From Octopus vulgaris (taxonomy: Eukaryota), in NCBI GenBank assembly GCA_951406725.2, contig OX597833.1:55118001-55182000 (forward strand): DNA of 64,000 nucleotides, in the 5' to 3' direction. Under the pieces are notes generated by a model that was not told the origin of the DNA, searched no databases, and worked only from the letters and a program-made list of their open reading frames with translations. Position numbers and translations under genes: made by a program. Shown in pieces: positions 14,231 to 27,809 of this stretch. Every line of letters starts with the position of its first letter. The first letter of the stretch is position 1.

Positions 14231-14680
14231 TACCTGTCTCCTACCTTAACCACCACAATAACATCTAAGCTAAAACACTTCTAAGTTTTGTCTTAGTTTC
14301 TCAACATGCTAGAATTAGCAGCCAAGTCTTCCTCACCCTACTGACATTAAAAAAACCAAACAAAAAAAACGATAATAAAGTTGGCTTGATATGATCATGG
14401 GTTCCCTTCAGATAGAAAAAAGTTGGAATAGTCACAACAGGAGTGTCTTTGATCACATCAATCCTCATCAGTCAGACCTAGGGCTAAAGAACAGCACTTG
14501 CAATAACTACAAAGACAGGCTCTTACAACTCTTATGCTTTACTTTTTATTCTTTTACTCATTTTCATCATTGAAGTGTGGCCATGCTGGGGCACCACCCT
14601 AAAGGGTTCATTCAAATGAATCTGCTCCTAGTAAATGTTTTTAAGGTTTGGTACTTTGGTACTTATTCTATCAGTCTCTC

Positions 14681-14721
<41 letters not shown>

Positions 14722-14757
14722 TGTATAGGTATATGATGGGTTTCCTCACAGTTTCTT

Positions 14758-15092
14758 ATTTCTTTACTGCCCACAAGGGGCCAAACACAGGGGACAAACA
14801 AGGACAGACAAAGGGATTAAGTTGATTATATCGACCCCAGTGCATAACTGGTACTTATTTAATCAACCCCATAAGGATGAAAGGCAAAGTCGACCTCGGT
14901 GGAATTTGAACTCAGAATGTAGCGGCAGACAAAATACCACTAAGCATTTCACCCGGCATGGTAACGTTTCTGCCAACTCAGTGCCCTCCACACAGCTACT
15001 CATTTCTGTATTGCCCACAAGGGGCCAAACATAGAGGGGGCAAACAAGGACAGACAGACTCCATAAGGATGAAAGGCAAAGTCGACCTCGGC
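14758..15092 (-). mobile_element. SINE family B plus deleted second copy, nested in a diverged family A copy
   Basis: Two CCCACAAGGGGCCAAACA tails; flanked by family A-like fragments. Confidence 0.75.
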
Positions 15093-15511
15093 GGACCAGT
15101 AGGCATTTTGCCTGGCCTGCTCGCCGCCCTCCACACAGTTTCTACCGACCAAATTCACTTACAAGGTACTGGTAGGCCCGGGGCCTTTATTAGTAGTAGA
15201 CACTTGTCCAAGATGCCAAGAAGTGGGATTGAACCTGAAACCTTGTGAGTGCAAAGTAAGCTTCTTAAAACTCTACAGCCCTGTGCCTGCACCTATGAGC
15301 CATGCCTATAGTAATCAAAAATTATAATTTATGCCCCGTGTATTTGTTTTGTTGGTTCCTTTCTATTCCACTGTTATTAACTCAGTTCAGGGCAGGGTAG
15401 GTGAAGGGATTCATATCTCCCTTATCCCTACCATAAATAACAACCCCTACCCATCCCTCAATGTTAAGGGTGAGCAACATATATCTGTATATATTCTCTT
15501 TCCCTTCCTTC

Positions 15512-15545
<34 letters not shown>

Positions 15546-15560
15546 TTATATATATATATG

Positions 15561-15615
<55 letters not shown>

Positions 15616-15700
15616 GTATATATGTATGTATATATATATGTATATATATATGTGTATATATATGTATATTTATATGTGTATATATATGTATATATATATA

Positions 15701-15734
<34 letters not shown>

Positions 15735-16304
15735 CAGAGAGAGAGAGAGAGACACACACACACACATCTACCTTGAAAAGTAATCTGTTCAATAGAATGG
15801 TTAAGCCTTGACCCAAATCTCTCTCTCTCTCTTTCTCTTTCACCCCCATCCTTTCCCTCATTTTACTTCCTTCTCTGTTTTTCTTCCCCTCTTCTCTCTC
15901 TCTCTCTCTCTCTCGCTCTCTTACCGCTACTCTCCCTCCCTCCCTCCCTCTCTCTTCCCCATGTTAGCTGTTGTCTCTCATCACTCGAAGAAGCAACAAT
16001 TGCCTTTTGCATAACCAACAATTTGCGCCTGTGTAATTTATCATGTTAGCAGCAGCTTGTCTGATGTTCACTGACCTTAGGGAACCTCATCAAGTCTAAT
16101 CTTAACTACATTCTAAAATGCTTTTAGTCTTCACACAAATCCCAAGCAACCAATATTATAAAAGTAAATTGTTGTTGCTGTTGCTCTTGTTGTTGTTGTC
16201 AATTATTTTGTCAGCTTTTTGTTGTTGTTGTTTAGCCCCGGGTCAGCTCGATTGAAGCGACCTCATGATCAAAGATAAAGACGGCCTGTTCTTTTATCCA
16301 GATA

Positions 16305-16756
16305 GGCGCAGGAGTGGCTGTGTGGTAGGTAGCTTGCTAACCAACCACATGGTTCCGGGTTCAGTCCCACTGCGTGGCATCTTGGGCAAGTGTCTTCTGC
16401 TATAGTCCCGGGCCGACCAATGCCTTGTGAGTGGATTTGGTAGACGGAAACTGAAAGAAGCCTGTCGTATATATATGTATATATATATTTATATAAGTGT
16501 GTGTGTGTGTATGTTTGTGTGTGTGTGTGTATGTTTGTGTGTCTGTGTTTGTCCCCCCTAGCATTGCTTGACAACCGATGCTGGTGTGTTTACGTCCCCG
16601 TCACTTAGCGGTTCGGCAAAAGAGACCGATAGAATAAGTACTGGGCTTACAAAAGAATAAGTCCCGGGGTCGATTTGCTCGACTAAAGGCGGTGCTCCAG
16701 CATGGCCGCAGTCAAATGACTGAAACAAGTAAAAGAAAAGAAAAAGAATAAAAGAA
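16305..16756 (+). mobile_element. SINE family A
   Basis: Full-length copy. Confidence 0.9.
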
Positions 16757-16977
16757 TACTGCATGTGTTCCGGTGTGTTTATCCTGTGAGATATTCCACT
16801 TCGTTTTAGGGCAAGTAGATTGTTAATTTGAGGGAGATTTGGTTGCTATTTCTAACAACTTCGTTGCTTACATTGCTGCTTCTTTGCCCAGTCTTTTAAC
16901 TAGATTGACATGAGCATATATGCAAGAATTTTTATCCAATAAAATCTTCATTTATTTTCAAGGCAGTAAAAGTCTTT

Positions 16978-18316
16978 GATATGAGGGAGATTTGGCTACT
17001 GTTTTAAGAATGATAGGAATACCAGAATGGTAAGCTTCAACTGTATAGCTGCTTCTTTACCATGTCTTTTAACCAAAAAGGCATGTATGCAATAATATTT
17101 ATTCAGTAAAATCACTTTTTTTCAAGGCAGTACACAGTGTTGATATGAGGGAGATTTGGCTACTGTTTTAAGAATGATAGGAATACTAGAATGGTAAGCT
17201 TCAACTGTATAGCTGCTTCTTTACCATGTCTTTTAACCAAAAAGGCATGTATGCAATAATATTTATTCAGTAAAATCACTTTTTTTCAAGGCAGTACACA
17301 GTGTTGATATGAGGGAGATTTGGCTACTGTTTTAAGAATGGTAGGAATACTAGAATGGTAAGCTTCAACTGTATAGCTGCTTCTTTACCATGTCTTTTAA
17401 CCAAAAAGGCATGTATGCAATAATATTTATTCAGTAAAATCACTTTTTTTCAAGGCAGTACACAGTGTTGATATGAGGGAGATTTGGCTACTGTTTTAAG
17501 AATGATAGGAATACTAGAGTGGTAAGCTTCAACTGTATAGCTGCTTCTTTACCCTGTCTTTTAACCAAAAAGGCATGTATGCAATAATATTTATTCAGTA
17601 AAATCACTTCTTTTCAAGGCAGTACACAGTGTTGATATGAGGGAGATTTGGCTACTGTTTTAAGAATGGTAGGAATACTAGAATGGTAAGCTTCAACTGT
17701 ATAGCTGCTTCTTTACCCTGTCTTTTAACCAAAAAGGCATGTATGCAATAATATTTATTCAGTAAAATCACTTCTTTTCAAGGCAGTACACAGTGTTGAT
17801 ATGAGGGAGATTTGGCTACTGTTTTAAGAATGGTAGGAATACTAGAATGGTAAGCTTCAACTGTATAGCTGCTTCTTTACCCTGTCTTTTAACCAAAAAG
17901 GCATGTATGCAATAATATTTATTCAGTAAAATCACTTCTTTTCAAGGCAGTACACAGTGTTGATATGAGGGAGATTTGGCTACTGTTTTAAGAATGGTAG
18001 GAATACTAGAATGGTAAGCTTCAACTGTATAGCTGCTTCTTTACCCTGTCTTTTAACCAAAAAGGCATGTATGCAATAATATTTATTCAGTAAAATCACT
18101 TCTTTTCAAGGCAGTACACAGTGTTGATATGAGGGAGATTTGGCTACTGTTTTAAGAATGGTAGGAATACTAGAATTGTAAGCTTCAACTGTATAGCTGC
18201 TTCTTTACCCTGTCTTTTAACCAAAAAGGCATGTATGCAATAATATTTATTCAGTAAAATCACTTCTTTTCAAGGCAGTACACAGTGTTGATATGAGGGA
18301 GATTTGACTACTGTTT
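16978..18316. repeat. Tandem array of eight 164-bp units, with older degenerate units at ~16800-16977 and 18731-18985
   Basis: GATATGAGGGAGATTTG recurs at 16978, 17142, 17306, 17470, 17634, 17798, 17962, 18126, 18290. Confidence 0.95.
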
Positions 18317-18333
18317 CTAACAGACATGGCATA

Positions 18334-18730
18334 TCTTTATATATAAAAGTCAAGTTGTGTGTCTGTCTCCTACGATTTAGATTCCTAACTACTCCCACAT
18401 TTTGCGGTGCAGTTTAACCAAAACCGGGTATCTTATAGTCGTGATTCATATCCAGCCCTTCTTGGTATTAGCGTGCATCTACGATGAGTCTACGATTTAA
18501 AAAAAAAATTACCATCATTTTTTTCCACTTTCATGCATTTTTCACTATTATATAAGGGAAGTAGCTCTCTAAAAATGTCTACGATGAGTCAACGATTTAA
18601 AAAAAAATTTACCATCATTTTTTCCCCATTTTTAATGCATTTTTTTGCTATTTTTTGGCTATAACTCTCTAAAAATGCTTATATAGTTATTTCCCTTACA
18701 AACCCAAGCAACGCTGGGCGATACTGCTAG
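18334..18730 (+). mobile_element. Non-autonomous Helitron-like element
   Basis: 5' TC, 3' CTAG, subterminal hairpin CCCAAGCAACGCTGGG. Inserted between A and T with no TSD. Removing it restores GGCATA|TATGCAATAA of the surrounding repeat. Confidence 0.8.
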
Positions 18731-19233
18731 TATGCAATAATATTTGTCCAATAAAATTTTCATGGCAGTAGTGTTTGATATGAGGAAGATTTGGCTATTG
18801 TTTCTAACAGCTTGACTCACTGCATAGATGCTTCTTCACCTGGTCTTTTAGCCAGATATGGCATACATGCAATTATATTTACCCAATAAAATCTTCACTT
18901 CTTTTCAAGGCAGTAGAGTGTTTGATATGAGGGAGATTTGACTACTGTTTCTAACAGTTTGACTGACTGTGTAGATGCTTCTCTGTTGTGGATTTTTTAA
19001 GGGGTGATAATCGAAGAATGGTAGAAATACTAGAATGGTAAGCTTCATCTTCCTTGTAATACATCTTCATTTATAATTTCTTCATTTTATGCCAAGAGTT
19101 CAAATCCTACCAGATTTAATTTATCCCTAAAGAATTTAGCAAGAGTTCTGCAGTTTGATGGAAATTCCAAGTTCTTTACAATAATAACACCCTGTCTAAA
19201 TACCCCCAACCAAAAATAAATAAATAAAAGCAT

Positions 19234-19419
19234 GCGCAGGAGTGGCTGTATGGTAAGTAGCTTGCTAACCAACCACATGGTTCTGGGTTCAGTCCCACTG
19301 CGTGGCATCTTGGGCAAGTGTCTTCTGCTATAGCCCCGGGCCGACCAATGCCTTGTGAGTGGATTTGGTAGCCAGAAACTGAAAAGAAGCCCGTCATATG
19401 TATGTATATAATATATATA

Positions 19420-19454
<35 letters not shown>

Positions 19455-19912
19455 GTGTGTTTGTGTGTGTTTGTGTGTCTGTGTTTGTCCCCCTAGCATT
19501 GCTTGACAACCGATGCTGGTGTGTTTACGTCCCCGACACTTAGCGGTTCGGCAAAAGAGGCCGATATAATAAGTACTGGGCTTACAAAGAATAAGTCCCG
19601 GGGTCGATTTGCTCGACTAAAGACGGTACTCCAGCATGGCCACAGTCAAATGACTGAAACAAGTAAAAGAGAAAAAGAGTAATATGTATGTATGTATTTG
19701 TGTGTCTGTGTTTGTCTTCCTAGCATTGCTTGACAACCGATGCTGGTGTGTTTACGTCCCCGACACTTAGCAGTGCGGCAAAAGAGACCGATATAATAAG
19801 TACTGGGCTTACAAAGAATAAGTCGCGGGGTCAATTTGCTCGAACTAAAGGTGGTGCTCCAGCATGGCCGCAGTCAAATGACTGAAACAAGTAAAAGAGA
19901 GTAAAGAGAGAG
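19234..19912 (+). mobile_element. SINE family A plus tandem duplicate of its 3' half
   Basis: Full copy 19234-19680. A second 3' half (~19690-19912) starts at the internal microsatellite and shares the private variants CCCGACACTT and CGATATAAT. Confidence 0.88.
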
Positions 19913-20007
19913 AGTATGCGCTTCCTTAGGAAACAGAGAGACTTAGTTTGAGTTATTGTAAAGAACCAGAAGTTTAATCATCAAACTGCAGTTGTTAAAA
20001 GCTCAGT

Positions 20008-20390
20008 GGAAGCACTCCGTCGGTTACGACGATGAGGGTTCCGGTTGATCCGAATCAACGGAACAGCCTGCTCGTGAAATTAACGTGTAAGTGGCTGAGC
20101 ACTCCAAAGACACGTGCACCCTTAATGTAGTTCTCGGGGATATTCAGTGTGACACAGAGTGACAAGGCCGGCCCTTTGAAATACAGGTACAACAGAAACA
20201 GGAAGTAAGAGTGAGAGAAAGTTGTGGTGAAAGAGTACAGCAGGGATCACCACCATCCCCTACCGGAGCCTCGTGGAGCTTTTATGTGTTTTCGCTCAAT
20301 AAACACTCACAACGCCTGGTCTGGGAATCGAAACCGCGATCCCACGAATGCGAGTCCGCTGCCCTAACCACTGGGCCATTGCGCCTTCAC
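20008..20390 (-). mobile_element. tRNA-derived SINE related to family C, with 12-bp TSD; diverged relative at ~13146-13445 (+)
   Basis: Minus head GTGAAGGCGCAATGGCCCAGTGGTTAGGG...GGTTTCGATTCCC. TSD TAAAAGCTCAGT at 19996-20007 and 20391-20402. Confidence 0.85.
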
Positions 20391-20728
20391 TAAAAGCTCA
20401 GTATTTCTGCACTGAATCATTTTTCACAGTTATGTCATTTTTTTTCTTTTTTTTTTTTAATCTTCAGAGAGAGAGAGAAAAAGAGAGAGAGAGAGAGTAT
20501 ATGTGTGTTCCACACTGTACAGTATTAATGGGTGTGATGATGAGATAAGATTAAATTAACTCTTTAGTCAACTGGTTGACACCTCAGACAATGAGCCATA
20601 TCTTCTTTCAGCTATCTTTAGCAGATAAACAAGTGGTGGATGGGGTGGAGGTGAAGGGTAACCCTTCCATTGTTTTGTTGTGTGTTTTGTGTGTGCACCC
20701 ATTGAACTTGGCCTCTTAGCACATTTTC

Positions 20729-20838
<110 letters not shown>

Positions 20839-21292
20839 TGCTACTGGCTTTTGAAACTCTGAAAAAAAAAAAGAAAAAAAAAAGGAGAGAGGGTGAGGAA
20901 GACCCTGAGTTTGTTAATCATGTGGGGAGCTTCTTCCTATGTGAAAAGCAACAGCTTATAGTATGATGTTACCTGTTTTGGGGGCCTTGTGATGATGGCA
21001 GGAAATGGGGGAATCACAAAGTGTTAGATTACCAGGAGGAGTTCAACCCCAGCTCAGATTAAACCCATTGACTGATAACCTAAAATGAACTGTCCCCATA
21101 ATTATAGCAGCTGTTGACAGCTGCCCTCAATAGCCTGGACTGTCCTTCCTTCTCAAAAGGCTTAAAGCTTATTGCATTTTGAATTATCAAGTTAATAAGT
21201 ACAGTTTTGAAATTTTATTTGTTGACATGCAGTTTTGATGATAAATATAATAAATATGCATAGCTGCTAAAAATTGAAAGTGCTCAAGAGTG

Positions 21293-21871
21293 AGATCTTT
21301 TCCGTTTTGACCCGACAGTTTTTTAAAATAATTTCCATGTAACTAAACACTTTCAAACTTCATATACTGGTAGAAATGTGTTTATAAAACATCTTTTTCT
21401 CTTGGCTTTCTGGAGAAAATTCTATAGTTTGTAAGATATTTGTTGTTTTTTTTCTTCTTCAATTTCTGCAATTTCAACCAATCAATTACGTCCATTGAGG
21501 TAAAAAAAAACATTCTGTGCCATATGAATGTGTTTATAAAACATCTTTTTCTCTTGGCTTTATTGAGAAAATTCTATAGTTTGTAAGATATTTGTTGTTT
21601 TTTTTTTCTTCAATTTCTGCAATTTCAACCAATCAATTACGTCTATTGAGGTAAAAAAAAACATTCTCTGCTGTATGAATATGTCCCTCGTTTAAGAAAT
21701 AGATTGGGTTTATTTACATTTGTGAAGAAAAAAAAGATACCCTTCCCCCCACCCCTAACCCTAACCCTAAAACAGATTGAAATGCAATAGATCGATACTA
21801 GGGTCATAATTATGGGTGACAATTTCATATGACACCGCTAGAAAAAACTGCCGTTCAAACTGAGAAGATTC
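21293..21871. mobile_element. TIR MITE with 8-bp TSD and internal (CCCTAA)3, possibly Merlin-like; partial second copy ~43234-43325
   Basis: Imperfect ~30-bp TIRs (GGATCTTTTCGGTTTGAA.GGCAGTTTTTT type). TSD CAAGAGTG at 21285-21292 and 21872-21879. Internal ~150-bp tandem duplication. Confidence 0.75.
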
Positions 21872-22219
21872 CAAGAGTGAGATGTTGGGGGGGGGGGGGT
21901 TAATGAAGAGATGAAACAGATATTGCTTTGCTTGGTTCACTTTCTTTGCTGTTGTTGTTTTTGCCAAATTACCCAAATTACCATTGTAAGTTAAGAGAGT
22001 TTGGAATTGGAGAGAATTGATGTGGAGGAAGGCCTCTCTGCATAGTCCTAGAAATCACTGTGAAATTGCATTTTTTTTTTATTTCGAAAATAAAGCAAAA
22101 AAGACTTAGGACTTGTTCTACAATAATGGCTCTCTGGTTGAGAAGCTTGATTTGCAAAATCACATGGGTTTCAGGTTCAATCCTATTGTGTGGCATCCTG
22201 AGCAAATTGCCTTGTGTGT

Positions 22220-22659
22220 AAATTTGGTAGATGGAAACTGTGTGGAAGCCTGACCTGTTGTGTGTGTATTTGTGTGACTACTTGACAGCTGGTGCTGGTT
22301 TGTTTACGTCCCTAAGTCTTTTCAGCTTGTATCATTTGGGCTAATCAGTTGACCCAGGTATCGCAAGAGAGTTAAATTTGATAGATGGAAACTGTGTGGA
22401 ACCTGTCCTGTTGTGTGTGTCACTACTTGACAGCTGGTGCTGGTTTGTTTACGTTCCGAAGTCTTTTCAGCTTGTATCACTTGGGCTGATCAGTTGGCCC
22501 AGGTATCGCAAGAGAGTTAAATTTGATAGATGGAAACTGTGTGGAACCTGTCCTGTTGTGTGTGTCACTACTTGACAGCTGGTGCTGGTTTGTTTACGTC
22601 CCTAAGTCTTTTCAGCTTGTATCACTTGGGCTGATCAGTTGGCCCAGGTATCGCAAGAG
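22220..22659. repeat. Three tandem ~145-bp units derived from a family A-like SINE body plus flank
   Basis: Identical translations starting at 22378 and 22523. Confidence 0.9.
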
Positions 22660-22991
22660 GTTTAAGCAGTTCCACACTCATTTGTCAGTAGTATTATTTC
22701 ATAACACTGTAAGATCTTTCTATTAATTTCTGTTTAATAATTACCTATGAAATTCATGTTTTACCCCACCCATCACACTTTTTACATTTGATGTGTAAAA
22801 AGACATTTCTAGTTTCAAAATAAAGAACTGTTCACCATTTATTTGGTTTGGTCATTGCTGTGTTGAGATGGTTGACAATTTCTCATTAGCAACCATCACC
22901 ACCACAACGACCACCACCACTGCCCATCATCCTGATGATCACCATCATCTTCATCACTTTTACCACTATATATATATATATATATTTTTTT

Positions 22992-23219
22992 TCTTTATTA
23001 CCCACAAGGGGCTAAACATAGAGGAGACAAACAAGGACAGACAAAGGGTATTAAGTCGATTACATCGCCCCCAGTGCGTAACTGGTACTTAATTTATCGA
23101 CCCCGAAAGGGTGAAAGGCAGTCAACCACAGTGGAATTTGAACTCAGAACGTAACGGCAGACAAAATACCACTAAGCATTTCGCATGGCGTGCTAACGTT
23201 TCTACCAGCTCGCCGCCTT
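22992..23219 (-). mobile_element. SINE family B
   Basis: Full-length; flanks TTTACCACTATA / TTTACTACTATA look like a TSD. Confidence 0.85.
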
Positions 23220-23645
23220 TTACTACTATAACGACCACCACCATTATCATCACCATCAACTATTGTCATCACCATCAACTATTGTCATCACCATCAACTA
23301 TTGTCATCACCATCAACTATTGTCATCATCAAATATCATCATCACTATCATCATCATGCCTCACCTCCTGTCACAGCCCTTTGCATCTGGCAACATATAA
23401 CGACATTTTACAGCTGGATGTCCACTCATCACCAACCACTTCTACATTGTTTGAGGAGCCCAATGTCTTTTTCTCTCCCTTATCTTTGTAATCCTGCAAC
23501 AAACAAAGGAATTCTTTTCTCTTCCTTCACCCCTGTTGCCTTACTCAATGTAATTATGTAATAGCAAAAAGACCTTGTGGGAATTAACAGATGCAATTTC
23601 AAAAGTCTTCAAAACCATCACAGTGCCGTTACTACTCTTTTATTC

Positions 23646-23790
23646 TATAAGGTTGTCCCAAAAGTTCGTAGAAAGTCTTGGAAAATAATGGTCTTTATTT
23701 TGAGGAATAATTTTTGTTGTTTTTGTTAGTACTTGGCGAGTAAAAATTCAATTTTCGCAAGTGTTTACGAACTTTTGGGACCACCTAATA
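23646..23790. mobile_element. Tc1/mariner-type MITE
   Basis: TA-flanked TIRs TAAGGTTGTCCCAAAAGTTCGTA / TACGAACTTTTGGGACCACCTAA. Confidence 0.8.
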
Positions 23791-23863
23791 TTATTCTTTT
23801 TTAAAACTATGCCTAAATTATTTATGGCTTCCTTTTTAATTTTAATCATCCTTTCTTTCTCCC

Positions 23864-24395
23864 CAGCAACTAATTTCTGTTAGCATCTAAGTGGTGCTGT
23901 AATTGCCAGAGGGTTAAACCAGTGGTTCTAAACCATATTTTGCCTATGGACCCTTTTTGATTCCTCTCTTACTCCACAGGACCCTAGTATACATTCAACA
24001 TTTTAAAAAGTTCCATAATATTTTTTTATAATTAAATATTCTTTTATTTTTTTTTTTTACTTGTTTCAGTCATTTGACTGTGGCCATGCTGGAGCACTGT
24101 CTTTAGTCAAACAAATCAACCCCAGGGCTTCCTCAGCAACTAATTTCTGTTAGTATCTAAGTGGTGCTGTAATTGCCAGAGGGTTAAACCAGTGGTTCTA
24201 AACCATATTTTGCCTATGGACCCTTTTTGATTCCTATCTTATTCCACAGGACCCTAATATACATTCAACGTTTTAAAAAGTTCCATAATATTTTTTTATA
24301 ATTAAATATTCTTTTTTTTTTTTTACTTGTTTCAGTCATTTGACTGTGGCCATGCTGGAGCACTGCCTTTAGTCAAACAAATCAACCCAGGGCTT
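23864..24395. repeat. 270-bp tandem duplication
   Basis: CAGCAACTAATTTCTGTTAG at 23864 and 24134; includes a MITE end and a SINE tail. Confidence 0.9.
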
Positions 24396-24509
24396 AGTCT
24401 TTGTAAGCCTAGTACTTATTCTATCGGTCTCTTTTGCCAAACTGCTAAGTTATGGGGATGTAAACACACCAACATCAGTTGTCAAAGTGATGGAGTGGGG
24501 GGACAAACA

Positions 24510-24550
<41 letters not shown>

Positions 24551-25021
24551 CACACACCACACACACACACATACCACACACCACACACACACAAATGTAT
24601 AAATATATTTATATATATGACCGGCTTCTTTCAGTTTCCGTCTACCAAATCCACTCACAAGGCTTTGGTCAGCCCGAGGATATAGTAGAAGACACTTGCC
24701 CAAGGTGTCAGGCTGTGGGACTGAACCCGGAGCCATGTGGTTGGGAAGCAAGCTTCTTACCACACAGCCACTCTTGCACCTCTTATTTGGAATTACTTTT
24801 ACTCTTTTACTCTTTTACTTGTTTCAGTCATTTGACTGTGGCCATGCTGGAGCACTGCTTTTAGTCAAGCGAATCGACCCCCAGGACTTATTCTCTGTAA
24901 GCCTAGTACTTATTCTATCGGTCTCTTTTGCCGAACCGCTAAGTTACAGGGACGTAAACACGCCAGCATCGGTTGTCAAGTGATGTTGGGGGGGGCAAAC
25001 ACAAACATATACACACACATA

Positions 25022-25069
<48 letters not shown>

Positions 25070-25470
25070 AGTGGCTGTGTGGTAAGTAGCTTGTTTACCA
25101 ACCACATGGTTCCGGGTTCATTCCCACTGCGTGGCACCTTGGGCAAGTGTCTTCTGCTATAGCCTCGGGCCGACCAATGCCTTGTGAGTGGATTTGGTAG
25201 ACGGAAACTGAAAGAAGCCCGTCGTATATATGTATATATATGCGTGTGTGTGTTTGTGTGTCTGTGTTTGTCCCCCTAGCATTGCTTGACAACCGATGCT
25301 GGTGTGTTTATGTCCCCGTTACTTAGCGGTTCGGCAAAAGAGACCGATAGAATAAGTACTGGGCTTACAAAAGAATAAGTCCCGGTGTCGAGTTGCTCGA
25401 TTAAAGGTGGTGCTCCAGCATGGCCGCAGTCAAATGACTGAAACAAGTAAAAGAGTAAAAGAGTAAAGAG

Positions 25471-25504
<34 letters not shown>

Positions 25505-25629
25505 ATATGTCGTGTAAAAAAAATGAATATATGAAAATATTTCATGTATTGTAAAAGTATAATTGATTTATTACACATTAACTTCAACAGCAAAATCTTA
25601 TATGGACCCCAGTTGAAAACTAACTACTG
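24190..25629. mobile_element. hAT-like MITE interrupted by three family A SINEs
   Basis: CAGTGGTTCTAAAC...TATGGACCC left end; TATGGACCCCAGTTGAAAAC..ACTG right end. 8-bp flanks GGTTAAAC / GCTTAAAC. Confidence 0.65.
24325..25470. mobile_element. Cluster of family A SINEs: full (-) 24325-24780, 3' half (-) ~24800-25010, full (+) 25067-25470
   Basis: Direct match to family A in both orientations. Confidence 0.88.
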
Positions 25630-26023
25630 GCTTAAACAAACAGTCTTCTCCAGTTGAATTTGAACTTACGAACGAACATTTTTTGTTCACTCCAGTTTTT
25701 ATGAACCACAGCCTTTTTTGTCTATTGCATTTTGTTTTGCACACATAAAATGTATAGCTTTGCAATGTCTTTTTCCATACTTATTTAGTAATTTATTGCT
25801 TCGTCTTTGTTCTAGTGCTGTCACCCCAGCCACCACCACCCCATACACACACATATAACTAGTAGTAAATTACTTTTACTTGTTACAGTATTGCCGGCTT
25901 TTATTATTATTATCATTATTATTATCATCATTATTGTTATTATTGTTGTTGTTGTTACTATTATTGTTATTATTATTATTATTATTATTGTTACTGTTAT
26001 TGTTATTATTATTATTATTATTA

Positions 26024-26055
<32 letters not shown>

Positions 26056-26095
26056 TTTATTACTATTATTATTATTATTATTGTTATTATTATTA

Positions 26096-26181
<86 letters not shown>

Positions 26182-27809
26182 TGTTTTGTTTTGTTTTGGT
26201 TTTCTGATCAGAATGAGATTAGCTATATATCTGAGATGGTTTTAGTCACAAGAGGGAGGACAATGTCAACCTTTCTTATCTGTTCATAGACTAAATCAAT
26301 ATCATTGTTATTCATGCTTGTCTTTTAGTTGTCATTGTTTTTTTTTGGTGGGGGGTTATTATATATATTTTTTTTTGGGTTTTAATAATAATATCGAATT
26401 GTGGATGCATGCAGACACTGAAACACACACACACGCATGCATGTGTATGTATGTATACTCGTACATATATGAAGGATAGTAGAGAGCAAGAGAGAGAGAA
26501 CTAACTGTGTTGTCTCGACATGTGATGTAAATGGATGATGCAAGCTGGTTGAAAAAGCAGTGTGAATTGATAATGGAAAACCAGCAGAACAGAGAAGATC
26601 CAAGCTATGAAAAATAAATATATTTATAACAAAAACTAAACCAAAAAAAAAATTAAAAAAGAACAAATAAGCAAGCATCAGTTAGGTCAGGCACATAAGA
26701 CATGTAGTGCTTTACAGACCTAGCTAACCCACACCAGTATTTTCCGTGTCCTCGTTCTGTTTATGGATTTAAAACTAATTACTCTGCGCCTCTGTTGTCT
26801 TGTGCACTTTTACAATATCGCAGTATCTTATCTTATTTATTTTTGATATCGCATTTTGTGAGCAAATAGCTTTGCGGCTACAGGTTTCCAGTGGGCCAAT
26901 CACCGGTTCACTGCATTTACAACAGCGAGAGTGACAAGGGATTGTCTGTGTAATTTGGGCAGTACAGATATTATACAAAAAATAAATTAAAGAAGGTGAA
27001 AAAAAAAAAGCGGGGGAGAGAGCTTTGTTCCAAAGTGTAGGTTTAATGATTTTTTGGCCAGTATTTACATTTGTTCATGAAAGACACTGCATATACATAT
27101 ATATATGTCTATGTGTATATGTATATATATATATATCTATATATATATATACATATATGTGTGTGTGTGTGTGTGTGTGTAAATATGTTTCCATCTACAA
27201 AATAATTCCAGTCTTTGATATATAGTAGAGTTTTATAGATGGAAGCACATACATGGTGTGGCTGTGTGGTAGGAGCTTTGATCCCCAACCACATGGTTCC
27301 AGGTTCAGTTCCAACACCATAACACCTTGGGCAAGAGTCTTCTACTATAGCCTTAGGCTAACTAAAGCTTTGTAAGTGGATTTGGTTGATGGAAACAAAG
27401 GAGCTTGTCCCCCATCACTGATGTTGAGCTGTTTATGTCCCCGTGACTTAGCAGTTCGGCCAAAGAGACCAATGGAACAAATACTAGGCTTTAAAAAAAA
27501 AAAAACCAACAATGCCTTCAATGTCATTGGTTCTTGAACTTCCTAGACCTTGGAGAAGCGCCTGATGATATTTCACACACTAAGAATTCATATCTGGATC
27601 ATAAAGATATACCCACATTTTACCCCGACACCGGGTAAACAAACACACAAACACACAAACAAACAAAAAAAGACTAAGGTGCCTTAATCAGAGCCAAATG
27701 CTTGCAACAGACCAGAGCAGGTTTCTACCATTTTGCTTTGAAGCCATTTTTAACTGCCAAGATACATAATATTGGATACCCAAGTTCTCCACCCTCAGTT
27801 GGATTAAGA

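Noticed and set aside
16978-18316. CRISPR-like regular repeat
   Set aside because: Whole 164-bp units repeat with no unique spacers, there are no cas genes, and the context is eukaryotic.
21752-21770. Telomere
   Set aside because: Only three repeats, inside a MITE.
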